Assembly (NCBI GenBank): GCA_963836185.1
Contig: CAWIIQ010000003.1
Location: 256,001-320,000 of the forward strand
Direction of reading: 5' to 3'
Source: Candidatus Krumholzibacteriia bacterium
Lineage (GTDB): Bacteria > Krumholzibacteriota > Krumholzibacteriia > Krumholzibacteriales > Krumholzibacteriaceae
DNA: 64,000 nt
This document shows, piece after piece, positions 11,678-21,314 of this stretch. The stretch's first letter is position 1, and each line of letters starts with the position of its first letter. The notes below the pieces were generated by a model that saw only the letters and a list, made by a program, of their open reading frames with translations, did not search any database and was not told the DNA's origin. Both the position numbers and the translations under genes were made by a program.

Positions 11678-12787
11678 ATGAAGACAAGAGCTATAATAAC
11701 CTTTCTCGTGATCATTCTGGTCATGGCCTTCTCATGCGGTGAGGAGAAGCCGACCGTGCCGGACGGCAGCAATAACATCAAGCTCTACGCGATAGATACA
11801 TCGGGTGTGCAGGGTGGATGGAATGCGCTCGAGGGCGCCACGATAAGAGTAAGCAGCTCGACCAGCCTTTTCGAGGCGATTTATGAGACCGGGCCCGATG
11901 GATTCGTCATACTCGATGATCTTGTAGCGGGTACCTATATGCTGCAGGCAGAGTTGATCAATACTGAGGAGAGTTATACTATCCTGGGCCAGAAAGAGAT
12001 TTCCGTACTGTATGATCCGCAGATGTCCGATACGGTTTATATGAATTACCAGCAGTCCTCGCCGCTGACAATCAATGAGATTTACTATTGCGGCTGCAAT
12101 TCTTCGAGATTCTACTACTACGACCAGTTCATCGAACTGTACAACTCATCTCCCGATACATTATGGCTCGATGGCTATTTCATGTGCCGGAACACCCAGA
12201 TCGCCGAGGTGATCGATCCCGAGGTCGAGGATTATGCGCTGGCATACTACGTTTTCGAGTTCCCCGGCGAGAGTGGCGTTACGAAGACCGTACCGATCGC
12301 TCCCGGACAACATCTTGTCATCGCGGCCGATGCTCTCGACCATTCCACCTACGGCGGAACCTGGTGTGTCGACGTCTCCGGTGCCGACTGGGAGTTCTTC
12401 AATCCGCTGGGCAGCGATTATGACACTCCGGGAGTTCCCAATCTGACTCCCGTATCCAATCTCGAGGGTGAATTCTCGATGAACCTCGCCCACTGCGCTA
12501 TCTATCTGGCGACCGGAGAGGAGTGGTCGTACGGAATGCATTTCGATGGAAACGACATGAAGGAATACATACACATACCATTGTATACGATCGTGGATGG
12601 TGTCGAATACGCGAGCAACACCGACGCGACAAGATATATGACGATAAGAGTGGACGCGGGCCTTGCGGGGATAGGTATGAGCAAGTACAGCGCGACTTCG
12701 GTCCAGCGCAGGTTCCCCGGCCTGGATTCGAACAACAGTACTTTCGATTTTGAGAACACGCAGCCGCCGTCACCCGGCTGGCAGTAG
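11678..12787 (+). CDS. DUF4876-like lipoprotein 3
   Basis: Lipobox MAFS-C; INEIYYCG...DQFIELYNSS...DSNNSTFDF; more divergent N-terminal half. Confidence 0.8.
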   Translation: MKTRAIITFLVIILVMAFSCGEEKPTVPDGSNNIKLYAIDTSGVQGGWNALEGATIRVSSSTSLFEAIYETGPDGFVILDDLVAGTYMLQAELINTEESYTILGQKEISVLYDPQMSDTVYMNYQQSSPLTINEIYYCGCNSSRFYYYDQFIELYNSSPDTLWLDGYFMCRNTQIAEVIDPEVEDYALAYYVFEFPGESGVTKTVPIAPGQHLVIAADALDHSTYGGTWCVDVSGADWEFFNPLGSDYDTPGVPNLTPVSNLEGEFSMNLAHCAIYLATGEEWSYGMHFDGNDMKEYIHIPLYTIVDGVEYASNTDATRYMTIRVDAGLAGIGMSKYSATSVQRRFPGLDSNNSTFDFENTQPPSPGWQ

Positions 12788-14287
12788 GTGGAATCGATGG
12801 AGGAGAATGTGAGAATATTCAGATGCAGGATGTCACGACTGGTCACGCTTGTCTTCATGGCGGTGCTTATTCTTCAGGCCGCGCCGGCGCGTGGAGACGA
12901 GATCAGGATCAAATCCCTCGCAAACGCGCGCCTGGCCCTTGAGGACAGGGACAACCAGATCAATCCCTATGATTTCGGGCGCAACCCTGCCTGGCTTCAC
13001 CTCGATTACGAGTTCCGTTACCTGAGGTTCAACACGAGCCTGTACGAGACGAGCGGCGACCTGAGGCGGGAATACGATCCGCATCTCGTCAACAATTTCT
13101 TCATCGGTGTCGAGGGGAACAAGCAGCTCAGCGACCGGCAGACGGTCAAGGGGTACATCGATTATCAGCGCCTGCGCGACCGTGAGGTCTATCAGAACCT
13201 CGAGATAGACCAGTATAACGATCCGTTCTACCTCACAGACCAGACCACCGGAGATTTCGATTATTACGGGCCGCGGGCGAGCGTGGACTGGGGCATCAGG
13301 CTGAAAGAGGGGCTCTGGCTCGGCGCCGGACTCGATTATTTTATCAGCACGGGGCTCAAGCAGGTCTACACAAGACCGGAGATCGTGCACAACTTTGCCG
13401 AGGCGATATTCAGCCTCGCATGGCAGCCTGCGGGGAAATGGGCCCTCGGCCTTGCTTACAGGCCACTGAGAAACCAGAACAGGACGGAATTCGCAAAGAC
13501 GGACGAGGGATACGACAATGTCATCTATGGATACTCGGGAGACGAGATCTACGAGGTCAGGTCCTTTAGCGGCTACACGATCGGGGAGGTCGAGTACGGC
13601 CACTATATCGATCTGCAGGGATTCTACATGGGTGACGAATTCAAGGTGGGCCTGAACGCGAAGGGCGGCTTCAGCGAGACAGAGGTGAAATACAGCGCCA
13701 CCCGGCAGTACCCGAAGGGATACTGGAAGGAAGAATTGATCGACGCCGAGCTGCGCGGCAGGTGGACACCGGCGGGCAAGTCGCTTGCGGTGGGATTCAG
13801 CGCTCAGTACCTCAAGAACGACGGGTGGGGCGTCAGGCCCGACTTCGACGAGGTCCTGCTGTACGACAACCCTTACGCGATGTATTCGGCGGGGCTCGGT
13901 CTGTCATACTTCTTCAGGTCGATCGACCTGCTTGTGCTAGGTGAATATACAGCCGAGCAGTATGACATCGAGGTCTGGGACAACGGAGCCAATCTTTATC
14001 GCAAGGCGGACCAGCTCTCGCAGATAGCCCGGGTCGCGGTCGAGAAGGATATATCGAACGTATACTCGTTCAGGGCCGGATACGAGTACACCGACTACCC
14101 GATCGACCGATGGGTCAAGCTCCCGAGGAACATCGATGTCTCGAGGATCACCGGCGGATTCGGTGCCTTCTTCAATGGCTGGAACATCGATTTGCACGCA
14201 GTGTATGGATTAGGAACCAAGAAAGATTCTGACCAGGAAAGGCAGGAACTCGGCGGGGCCATCTGGTTTACGAGATACATGAATTGA
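12788..14287 (+). CDS. Outer-membrane beta-barrel protein (DUF6850-like); start codon uncertain (12788-12830)
   Basis: Signal peptide, NPAWL motif, amphipathic aromatic-rich strands and C-terminal GAIWFTRYMN. Its position after DUF4876 genes matches the usual TBDR-DUF4876-DUF6850 order. Confidence 0.65.
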   Translation: MESMEENVRIFRCRMSRLVTLVFMAVLILQAAPARGDEIRIKSLANARLALEDRDNQINPYDFGRNPAWLHLDYEFRYLRFNTSLYETSGDLRREYDPHLVNNFFIGVEGNKQLSDRQTVKGYIDYQRLRDREVYQNLEIDQYNDPFYLTDQTTGDFDYYGPRASVDWGIRLKEGLWLGAGLDYFISTGLKQVYTRPEIVHNFAEAIFSLAWQPAGKWALGLAYRPLRNQNRTEFAKTDEGYDNVIYGYSGDEIYEVRSFSGYTIGEVEYGHYIDLQGFYMGDEFKVGLNAKGGFSETEVKYSATRQYPKGYWKEELIDAELRGRWTPAGKSLAVGFSAQYLKNDGWGVRPDFDEVLLYDNPYAMYSAGLGLSYFFRSIDLLVLGEYTAEQYDIEVWDNGANLYRKADQLSQIARVAVEKDISNVYSFRAGYEYTDYPIDRWVKLPRNIDVSRITGGFGAFFNGWNIDLHAVYGLGTKKDSDQERQELGGAIWFTRYMN

Positions 14288-14322
14288 AATGTGTAAACAA
14301 TGGTTGACAAATGTGTTATAAT
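14287..14322 (+). promoter_or_regulatory. Extended -10 promoter (TGtTATAAT) with an AAATGTGT direct repeat at 22-bp period
   Basis: TG 14314-14315, TATAAT 14317-14322; AAATGTGT at 14287 and 14309. Confidence 0.5.
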
Positions 14323-14448
14323 TGTTCGGCCTTTTAAAGGTGTTCTGAAAAAAGTGATGAAGGAGGTGAACTTCTAGAGATAGAAGGTACGAAGGCTAAA
14401 TTCCCCTGTTAACAAGGTTTTGATACAGCAGATCAGGAGGTGGCTACA

Positions 14449-16647
14449 TTGAGAATTATCACCTGTTGTATCGCACTGATGCTTCTGCTCGCAGGGCCCG
14501 CCAGCGCCCAGTGGACAGTCGAGTATCAGCCGGGCGGAAATCACGATGCCCACTACGGCATCACATTCACATCCGCCAGTATCGGTTACATCGTAGGCGG
14601 CGGTGGGCTGATCCTCAAGTCGACCGATGGTGGAGTCACTTGGGTTCAGCAGACATCCAATACGACCAGTACCCTCTACGGTGTCTTCTTCAAGTCTGAC
14701 ACAGAGGGCTGGGCGTGCGGCGCCGGCGGCACACTCGTGTCGACGACCGACGGTGGCGCCAACTGGACCGTTCACGCGCAGAGCGGCGTTATCGCGGGCT
14801 CCAATTTCAACGATATCTATTTCGTTGGAAGCGCCGGATGGGCCGGTAACGACGATGACAGATTGTACGGCACGACGGACAATGGTGTGACCTGGGATAC
14901 GTTGGGTGTCTTTGCTGATGACGTCAACAGCGTCAGCTTCGCCGACGCGAACAACGGTTACATCGCTCTTGACGGTTCCGGTATCGCCTACTCGACCGAC
15001 GGCGGCGTGAACTGGACGGCCGCGTCGGTCAACCTCGGTCCCTACCCTTACACGAGGACCGATATCGAGAGGATCTTCACTATCGATGCCACGACCGCGG
15101 TCGCGACCGGATGGGGCTCGATGGTAGGATACCAGCCGACGATCATCATAGTCTCCAACGACGCCGGCGCAACGTGGAACGTTCCCAGCGTCGGGTACGA
15201 GTGGGACAGCTATGGATATGGTTACGGCATCACGATGTTCGATGACGGCGAAGTCATGATCGTCGGCGGCGGCTCCGGCTTTGCGGCGCCCAACATCCAC
15301 AGCGGCGCGACTTATGCCAACTGGGGCCGCGTTCAGGAGTTCTTCGGCGACGATCTTCGCGCCGCCGCTACCGTACCGGGAACCAACACGGTTATGGCAG
15401 TCGGTGACGAGGGCTGTATCGCCAGGTCGACCGACAAAGGCCTGACCTGGGATTACCTTTACGATCCCTGCTTCGGATTCGGCGGGATCACAAGGTTCGC
15501 CCATAGTGGAACGACGACATACGCGGTCGGTGCCAGCGGCCTGTTCATGAAGAAGGAAGCCGGCGTTCCCTGGACGGCTCCGAATATTCTGTCGCCCAAC
15601 GGGTACGCGCCCAACTTCAGGGACCTCGCCTGTATCGGTAACACGATCTACGCCAGTGCTGGGTACGACTACCTCGCCATGTCGACAGATGGTGGTGCGA
15701 CATGGACCGAGTTGCACTCTGGCGGGTCTCTTGCCGAGGGTATGTACGGTATGTCCTGGTTCAACGACGGGAGCGGCGTCCTGGTCGGTGAACGCGCCGG
15801 CGAGGATGTGATCTACCTGACCGATGACGGTGGCGTTACTCGTAACGAGGTATGGTGGAACGTCAAGAGTGCGCAGTTCAACCATGTCAGTTTCGCTCCC
15901 GGCCAGGCCAAGTTCGGAGTAATCGTCAGCGATGACAACGCCTTCTTCTACACGAATGATGGCGGCGAGACCTGGACGCAGGGAACCGAGGATCTCGTGT
16001 CGACCTCCAACGATCTCGAGAAGGTCTGCATGCTCGATGCCATGACCGCATGGGCGGTCGGCGATAATGGAACGATCGCCAAGACGACAGACGGCGGCGC
16101 GAACTGGTTCCAGCAGCCTTCCTGGACTACTGCGATCGAACTGATGGACGTCTATTTCAATCCGCTGAACGGCCATGGCTTCATCGGTGGAAACGACCAG
16201 ACTGCCATGCACAGCAAGGACGGAGGAGTGACCTGGGAAGATATGGCACCTGTTCTCGCGGCTCCTGGTGACGATATCAATGCTATCTACCTGGCCGCCG
16301 GATCGAACAAACTCTATATCGGCGCGGATCACGCTATGATCCAGTACTGGGACAACTCCCCGACTGGCGATACGCCGATGAGCCTTCCGTTCGCACTCAA
16401 CCAGAACTATCCCAACCCCTTCAACCCGTCGACGACGATAAGCTTCTCGCTCGACAGGGACGGCTTCGTAGCGCTGAACGTATACGATGTGGCCGGAAGG
16501 GTCGTTGCGACGATTCTGAACAAGTCGATGACGGCCGGCACATACGATGTCGGCTTCAACGCAAGCGGACTCTCTTCAGGCGTCTACTTCTACAAGCTCA
16601 AGACTGCTGAGCAGGAGATGACCAAGAAGATGATCCTTCTGCGGTAA
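14449..16647 (+). CDS. Secreted YCF48/BNR (Asp-box) repeat double beta-propeller with FlgD-Ig/T9SS-like CTD
   Basis: AGGAGG then TTG at 14449; signal peptide; about 11 clear S/T-x-D-x-G-x-x-W boxes plus degenerate ones; C-terminus QNYPNPFNPSTTISF...SSGVYFYKL...TKKMILLR. Confidence 0.85.
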   Translation: MRIITCCIALMLLLAGPASAQWTVEYQPGGNHDAHYGITFTSASIGYIVGGGGLILKSTDGGVTWVQQTSNTTSTLYGVFFKSDTEGWACGAGGTLVSTTDGGANWTVHAQSGVIAGSNFNDIYFVGSAGWAGNDDDRLYGTTDNGVTWDTLGVFADDVNSVSFADANNGYIALDGSGIAYSTDGGVNWTAASVNLGPYPYTRTDIERIFTIDATTAVATGWGSMVGYQPTIIIVSNDAGATWNVPSVGYEWDSYGYGYGITMFDDGEVMIVGGGSGFAAPNIHSGATYANWGRVQEFFGDDLRAAATVPGTNTVMAVGDEGCIARSTDKGLTWDYLYDPCFGFGGITRFAHSGTTTYAVGASGLFMKKEAGVPWTAPNILSPNGYAPNFRDLACIGNTIYASAGYDYLAMSTDGGATWTELHSGGSLAEGMYGMSWFNDGSGVLVGERAGEDVIYLTDDGGVTRNEVWWNVKSAQFNHVSFAPGQAKFGVIVSDDNAFFYTNDGGETWTQGTEDLVSTSNDLEKVCMLDAMTAWAVGDNGTIAKTTDGGANWFQQPSWTTAIELMDVYFNPLNGHGFIGGNDQTAMHSKDGGVTWEDMAPVLAAPGDDINAIYLAAGSNKLYIGADHAMIQYWDNSPTGDTPMSLPFALNQNYPNPFNPSTTISFSLDRDGFVALNVYDVAGRVVATILNKSMTAGTYDVGFNASGLSSGVYFYKLKTAEQEMTKKMILLR

Positions 16648-16668
16648 TACCCGATACCGCGTGCAATA

Positions 16669-16706
16669 TGAGGGGGCGGTCCTGCCCGCCCCCTCAGTTT
16701 AAAAAA
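16669..16706 (+). terminator. Rho-independent terminator
   Basis: Perfect 11-bp stem TGAGGGGGCGG/CCGCCCCCTCA followed by GTTTAAAAAA. Confidence 0.7.
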
Positions 16707-16865
16707 GGTGGCAGAGGGCGAAGGGAAGATACACATCCTGCAGATCACTTCAGCGCTCGCTTGATCCTGACATCATGGAATCGACAGGAACATAAGTAGT
16801 ACAAATATATTAAATGGCAGCGAGAGTTCATTTTTCAGAACACCCTTAGAGGAGGATCCACGGGC

Positions 16866-19800
16866 ATGAAGAGAACCATTACGATCCTGGCGCTTTTGCT
16901 GATCGTGTCGGCAGCGATGCTGAGCGATACGGCAGCGGCAGCCGACGGGCGCGGCGAACCAATTCGCCTGATGAGACGGCCGGACATCCACGGCGAAACG
17001 ATCGTGTTCGTCTGGCAGGGCGACCTCTGGTCGGTTCCTGCCGATGGAGGTATGGCGAAACGGTTGACCGTACATATAGGCCTGGAGGACCATCCCAAGT
17101 TCTCGCCTGACGGCACGATGATCGCTATCACCGGCGACTACAATGAAAGACACAACGCGCTCTTCGTGATGCCCGCCGAGGGTGGACGTCCGAAGCAGCT
17201 CACGTGGCACACCGACAGCGCAGAGCCGGTCGAGTGGGCTCCCGACGGGAAGAGCATCGTCTTCCGCTCGAGGCGCGATTCGTTTGTCGGCTTCTTCAAG
17301 CAGTTCTATACCGTTCCCGTAGATGGCGGCCTGCCCGTCGATATGGGCGTCGGCAAGGGGAGCCTCGCTTCCTTCTCCCCCGATGGAAAGCAGATCGCGT
17401 TCAACAGGCACCCCGAGAGGTTCTGGTGGTGGAAGAGATACAAGGGAAGCCAGAACCAGGACGTTTGGATATACGATCTCGAGAAAGAATCATACGAGAA
17501 ATTGACCGAGTACGAGGGCAACGATTCCTGGCCGATGTGGGTCGGGGACAGGATCTACTTCGTCTCGGATCGCGATACCGATGTAAAAAACATCTACTAC
17601 CTCGATCTCGGCACGAAAGAGATCACGAAGGTGACCGATTTCAAGGGCCGCGGCGTGACCTGGCCCTCGCTGAACGAGGACGGCAGCAGGATAGTCTTCG
17701 AGAACGACGCGAAGCTCTTCGTTCTCGATACGGCCAGCGGCGAGGCGAAGGAAGTTGTCGTCTACGCCCCGGCCGATGACCGCGAAAATATGATCAGCTA
17801 TATCAATCCCTTGAAATACATCCGAAGTTTCGATATCTCGGCCACAGGAAAGAGGATCGTATTCGAGGCACGTGGTGAGATCTACACTGCGCCTGCCGAG
17901 CACGGCGATGTGAGGAACCTGACGAACTCGTCCGGTTCCCGTGACTCGTATCCGACCTGGTCCCCCGACGGCAAATGGATCGCTTACATCTCCGACAAGT
18001 CGGGCGACGACGAGGTCTACCTCGTCGACCAGATGGGAGAGAAGCCGGAGAAGAAGCTGACCGATTCCGGGCACTTCAAGGAAAACATCATGTGGTCCCC
18101 CGAGAGCGACCGCATGCTTTTTTCGACCGAGGCGAACGAGCTCTACATGCTCGGCATCGACGGCAAAAAGGCGACTCTTATCAACAGGAACGAGCACAGG
18201 GACATTACGACATACGCCTGGTCGCCTGACGGCCGCTATGTCGCCTACGACTTCGCCATCAGGAACAGGGCAAGGGATATCTACCTGTACGACACAAAGG
18301 AGAAGAAGCACCACCAGGTCACAAGCCATATGGCAGATGACACAGAGCCGGTCTTTACGCCTGACGGCAAGTACCTACTTCTGATCAGCGAGAGGTATCA
18401 CGGCGCGAGGATGCTCTGCAGGCTGAGTCTCCTGCCCGAGGAGGAAGAGCCCTTCATCTTCGAGGACGATGAAGAAAAGGTCGACGGTGAGGATGACGAA
18501 GAGGAAGAAGTCGCCGACAAGGACGACGAAGATGACGAGAAGGACAAAAAAGACAAGAAGGGCAAAAAGAAAAAGGACGAGAAGGTCGTCGTGAAGATCG
18601 ACTTTGACGGTATGGAGGGACGCATAAGGCGCGTACCGAAGGCTGCCGGCAGAATGATGCACAACATCAACGCGACCGACAAATATTACTACTATCTCGT
18701 AGTCGGCCAGGTGCGGATGATGTTCCGCCGCTCGTACGACCTCTACGCGTACGATATCGAGAAGATGAAGGCCGACAAGGTCGCATCGACGATCGTCGCT
18801 TACGGCATGTCTGCCGACCGAAAGAAGATCGCCGTATTCGACGGCTCCAATTTCGAGATCTTCAAGGTAGGCGGGAAGAAATCGAGCGGGAAGAAGCCCG
18901 CCACAGCCGCTGAGGCCAAGGCGAAGACAGGAAAGCTCGACATCAAGCGCAAGGTCATCATGGATCTCGACCGCGAGGCCGAGTGGAACCAGATCTTCAA
19001 CGAAGGCTGGAGACTGGTTAAGTACCATTTCTACGATCCTAACTATCACGGCGTCGACTGGGACGAGGTTCACGATTACTACGAGGCACTTCTGCCTAAC
19101 GTGAGGACCCGTACAGAGCTCAACTGGCTTATGACAGAGATGGTCGGCGAGCTCAACGCCTCTCACCAGGGAGTCTCGGGCGGAGACGCGGGCGGTGCGC
19201 CCCGCACCTCCCTTGCTTTCCTCGGCGCGAAGCTCGAGCTCGACGAGAAGAGCGGCTACGCGAGGTTCACGAAGATATTCAAGGGCGACAAGCTCTCGAC
19301 CCGCGAGAGGTCGCCGCTCGACGCCGATTACGTCAAGGTCAGGGAAGGCGATTATCTTCTCGCTATCGACGGTATTGAACTCGAGCCTGGCGAGAACTTC
19401 TTCCAGTACCTCATAGCGCGAACGCGCAACAAGGTGACGATCACGACCAACGACAAGCCGACGATGAAAGGCGCTATCGAGACGAAGTTCACGCCAATCT
19501 CGCACGACCTCGTCCTTCGTTACAAGAACTGGGTCGACGGGAACGTTGAGCAGGTCGACAAGGCAAGTGAGAACCGGATCGGCTACATGCATCTGAAGGA
19601 CATGAGCGGCAGCGGCTGGACCGAGTTCAGGGAGAAGTTCGAGCAGTTCCGTTACAAGGATGCCGTCATCATCGACGTGCGCTACAACGGCGGCGGCTCG
19701 ATCGACACGAGAGTGATCGATTATCTCGAACGCCGACCTTATCACGTGCAGCAGTCACGCGGCGAGTCGGTCATCACCCGCCCGTGGGACGTCTTTACCG

Positions 19801-20168
19801 GCGAGGTCGTAGTTCTCCATAACGAGTACTCGTACTCCGACGCCGAGGTGTTCCCCAGCGCGGTGAAAGAACGCGGGCTCGGTACATGTATCGGTGTTCC
19901 GACACTCGGGTTCGTGATCGCCGTGACGCCGCATTACCTGATCGACGGCGGCGCGATCCGCAAGACCTTCATCGGCATCTGGGAGGAGAGCACACTCTCT
20001 CAGCTCGAGAGCCGCGGCGCGATCCCCGATATTTATGTCGAGAGTCCTCCCGAGATGGAGAAGGCAGGACGCGACATGCAGCTCGAGAAGGCGATCGAGT
20101 TCCTTCTCGGCAAGATAGGCGACAAGCCGCGCGACCACGATACGAAGGTGAAGATCGAGGAGCGGTAG
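16866..20168 (+). CDS. Tricorn-like S41 serine protease (PD40/WD40 propellers, PDZ, S41 domain) with signal peptide
   Basis: Repeated WSPDG/FSPDG blades; ELNASH, GYMHL, DVRYNGGG and YSDAE motifs. Confidence 0.92.
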   Translation: MKRTITILALLLIVSAAMLSDTAAAADGRGEPIRLMRRPDIHGETIVFVWQGDLWSVPADGGMAKRLTVHIGLEDHPKFSPDGTMIAITGDYNERHNALFVMPAEGGRPKQLTWHTDSAEPVEWAPDGKSIVFRSRRDSFVGFFKQFYTVPVDGGLPVDMGVGKGSLASFSPDGKQIAFNRHPERFWWWKRYKGSQNQDVWIYDLEKESYEKLTEYEGNDSWPMWVGDRIYFVSDRDTDVKNIYYLDLGTKEITKVTDFKGRGVTWPSLNEDGSRIVFENDAKLFVLDTASGEAKEVVVYAPADDRENMISYINPLKYIRSFDISATGKRIVFEARGEIYTAPAEHGDVRNLTNSSGSRDSYPTWSPDGKWIAYISDKSGDDEVYLVDQMGEKPEKKLTDSGHFKENIMWSPESDRMLFSTEANELYMLGIDGKKATLINRNEHRDITTYAWSPDGRYVAYDFAIRNRARDIYLYDTKEKKHHQVTSHMADDTEPVFTPDGKYLLLISERYHGARMLCRLSLLPEEEEPFIFEDDEEKVDGEDDEEEEVADKDDEDDEKDKKDKKGKKKKDEKVVVKIDFDGMEGRIRRVPKAAGRMMHNINATDKYYYYLVVGQVRMMFRRSYDLYAYDIEKMKADKVASTIVAYGMSADRKKIAVFDGSNFEIFKVGGKKSSGKKPATAAEAKAKTGKLDIKRKVIMDLDREAEWNQIFNEGWRLVKYHFYDPNYHGVDWDEVHDYYEALLPNVRTRTELNWLMTEMVGELNASHQGVSGGDAGGAPRTSLAFLGAKLELDEKSGYARFTKIFKGDKLSTRERSPLDADYVKVREGDYLLAIDGIELEPGENFFQYLIARTRNKVTITTNDKPTMKGAIETKFTPISHDLVLRYKNWVDGNVEQVDKASENRIGYMHLKDMSGSGWTEFREKFEQFRYKDAVIIDVRYNGGGSIDTRVIDYLERRPYHVQQSRGESVITRPWDVFTGEVVVLHNEYSYSDAEVFPSAVKERGLGTCIGVPTLGFVIAVTPHYLIDGGAIRKTFIGIWEESTLSQLESRGAIPDIYVESPPEMEKAGRDMQLEKAIEFLLGKIGDKPRDHDTKVKIEER

Positions 20169-20197
20169 GCGAAGCGTCATAAAGTAGATGAGATGAT

Positions 20198-20230
20198 AGA
20201 AGCCGGCAGCATCCGCTGCCGGCTTCTTTT
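20198..20230. terminator. Hairpin terminator between convergent genes
   Basis: 13-bp stem AGAAGCCGGCAGC-ATCC-GCTGCCGGCTTCT followed by TTT. Confidence 0.75.
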
Positions 20231-21311
20231 ATATGCTGTCTATCAGCTCAAGGTACTTTGCTGCGATACGTGAGGGTGCGAAGTCCGCCGCGCGCTCTAT
20301 CCTGAGCTCGCGATTTTCCCCGGGCGATTCCAGTGCCGTGCGCATGGCCATCCCGAATCGCAGATCGGTCCCGAAGTAACCGAGATGTCCGAGCCTTTTG
20401 TCATTGATGATATCGATCGGCCCCTCCGTACTGGTGCTCACGACCGGAATCCCTGTTGACAGAGCCTCGACAAGAGTGAGTCCGAACGGCTCTGTTTCAG
20501 AGGAGAGGACGAAGACAGACGCTCTTCTGAGCCAGGCAAACGGGTCGGGGACGAATCCGGGAAGGCTCACACAATCCTCGAGCCCGAGATCCCTGATCTG
20601 AGCTTCGAGATTTTCCCGCTCGCTTCCTTCGCCGAGGATCAGAAGCCTCGAATCCAGAAATTCCTTTATACCAGCGAATGTCCTTATGAGAAAGGTGAAT
20701 CCTTTCTGCTTCTCCAGCCGTCCTATGGAGATGAATACCGGTCTGCCGCTCTCGAAGAAAGGATGCTCTGGCGGAGAACTGTCCGGATCTTCCGGCCTGA
20801 CAGCCACCGGATTATGGATCACGTGACAGTTGGCCAGGCTGAAGTCCTCCCTGAATTCGTCCGCTATGGCAGTTGAAACGCCGATGACAGCATCCGCTTT
20901 CGGCAGCAGAGACCGCTGCAGCATATCGAGGAGCGATCGCCTGCCGCCCGGCATGTTCAGGCTGTGGTACCGCCTCGATCCATCGGCCCTGACGATGACC
21001 TTTCCTTTCCAGCGTGAGAGGATACGCGCCATGAGAGCGGCTGTGCCCACATGGGCCATCGCCGCTATGACGACATCCGGATCTGCTGCTTTGAGGAATC
21101 GGGTCAGCGGCATGATACCGCTCGCTATCCTCGGTACCCCGAACACGGTCAGCTCGACACCTTCCGGGACCTCGCTCCGCAGCGGACCGTCATCCTCGAA
21201 GGCTACGAAGTGAACCTGATGCCCCAGGCGCGCGAATTCTCCGGCCAGGGTGATCTGTACCCTTTCCGCTCCACCGCCGCGGAATGACGCGCTGAGAAGC
21301 ACTATCTTCAT
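20229..21311 (-). CDS. GT4 (GT-B) glycosyltransferase, WabH-like
   Basis: GGAERV; IGRLEKQKG; FVLSSETEPFGLTLVEAL. Confidence 0.9.
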   Translation of the reverse strand: MKIVLLSASFRGGGAERVQITLAGEFARLGHQVHFVAFEDDGPLRSEVPEGVELTVFGVPRIASGIMPLTRFLKAADPDVVIAAMAHVGTAALMARILSRWKGKVIVRADGSRRYHSLNMPGGRRSLLDMLQRSLLPKADAVIGVSTAIADEFREDFSLANCHVIHNPVAVRPEDPDSSPPEHPFFESGRPVFISIGRLEKQKGFTFLIRTFAGIKEFLDSRLLILGEGSERENLEAQIRDLGLEDCVSLPGFVPDPFAWLRRASVFVLSSETEPFGLTLVEALSTGIPVVSTSTEGPIDIINDKRLGHLGYFGTDLRFGMAMRTALESPGENRELRIERAADFAPSRIAAKYLELIDSI

Positions 21312-21314
21312 CTC

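Noticed and set aside
9419-12787. Diversity-generating retroelement template/variable repeats among the DUF4876 paralogues
   Set aside because: Similarity spans whole coding genes, differences are not confined to adenines, and no reverse transcriptase is present.
14304-14322. TTGACA plus TATAAT as a canonical -35/-10 pair
   Set aside because: The spacer is only 7 bp; the extended -10 interpretation was kept instead.
14600-16240. Recurring ACCGAYGGYGG-like DNA repeats as a CRISPR array or tandem repeat
   Set aside because: They encode protein Asp-box repeats, are degenerate at third codon positions and have no cas genes.
14374-16332. 652-aa antisense ORF
   Set aside because: Shadow of the propeller gene caused by GC-rich codon bias; no motifs or RBS.
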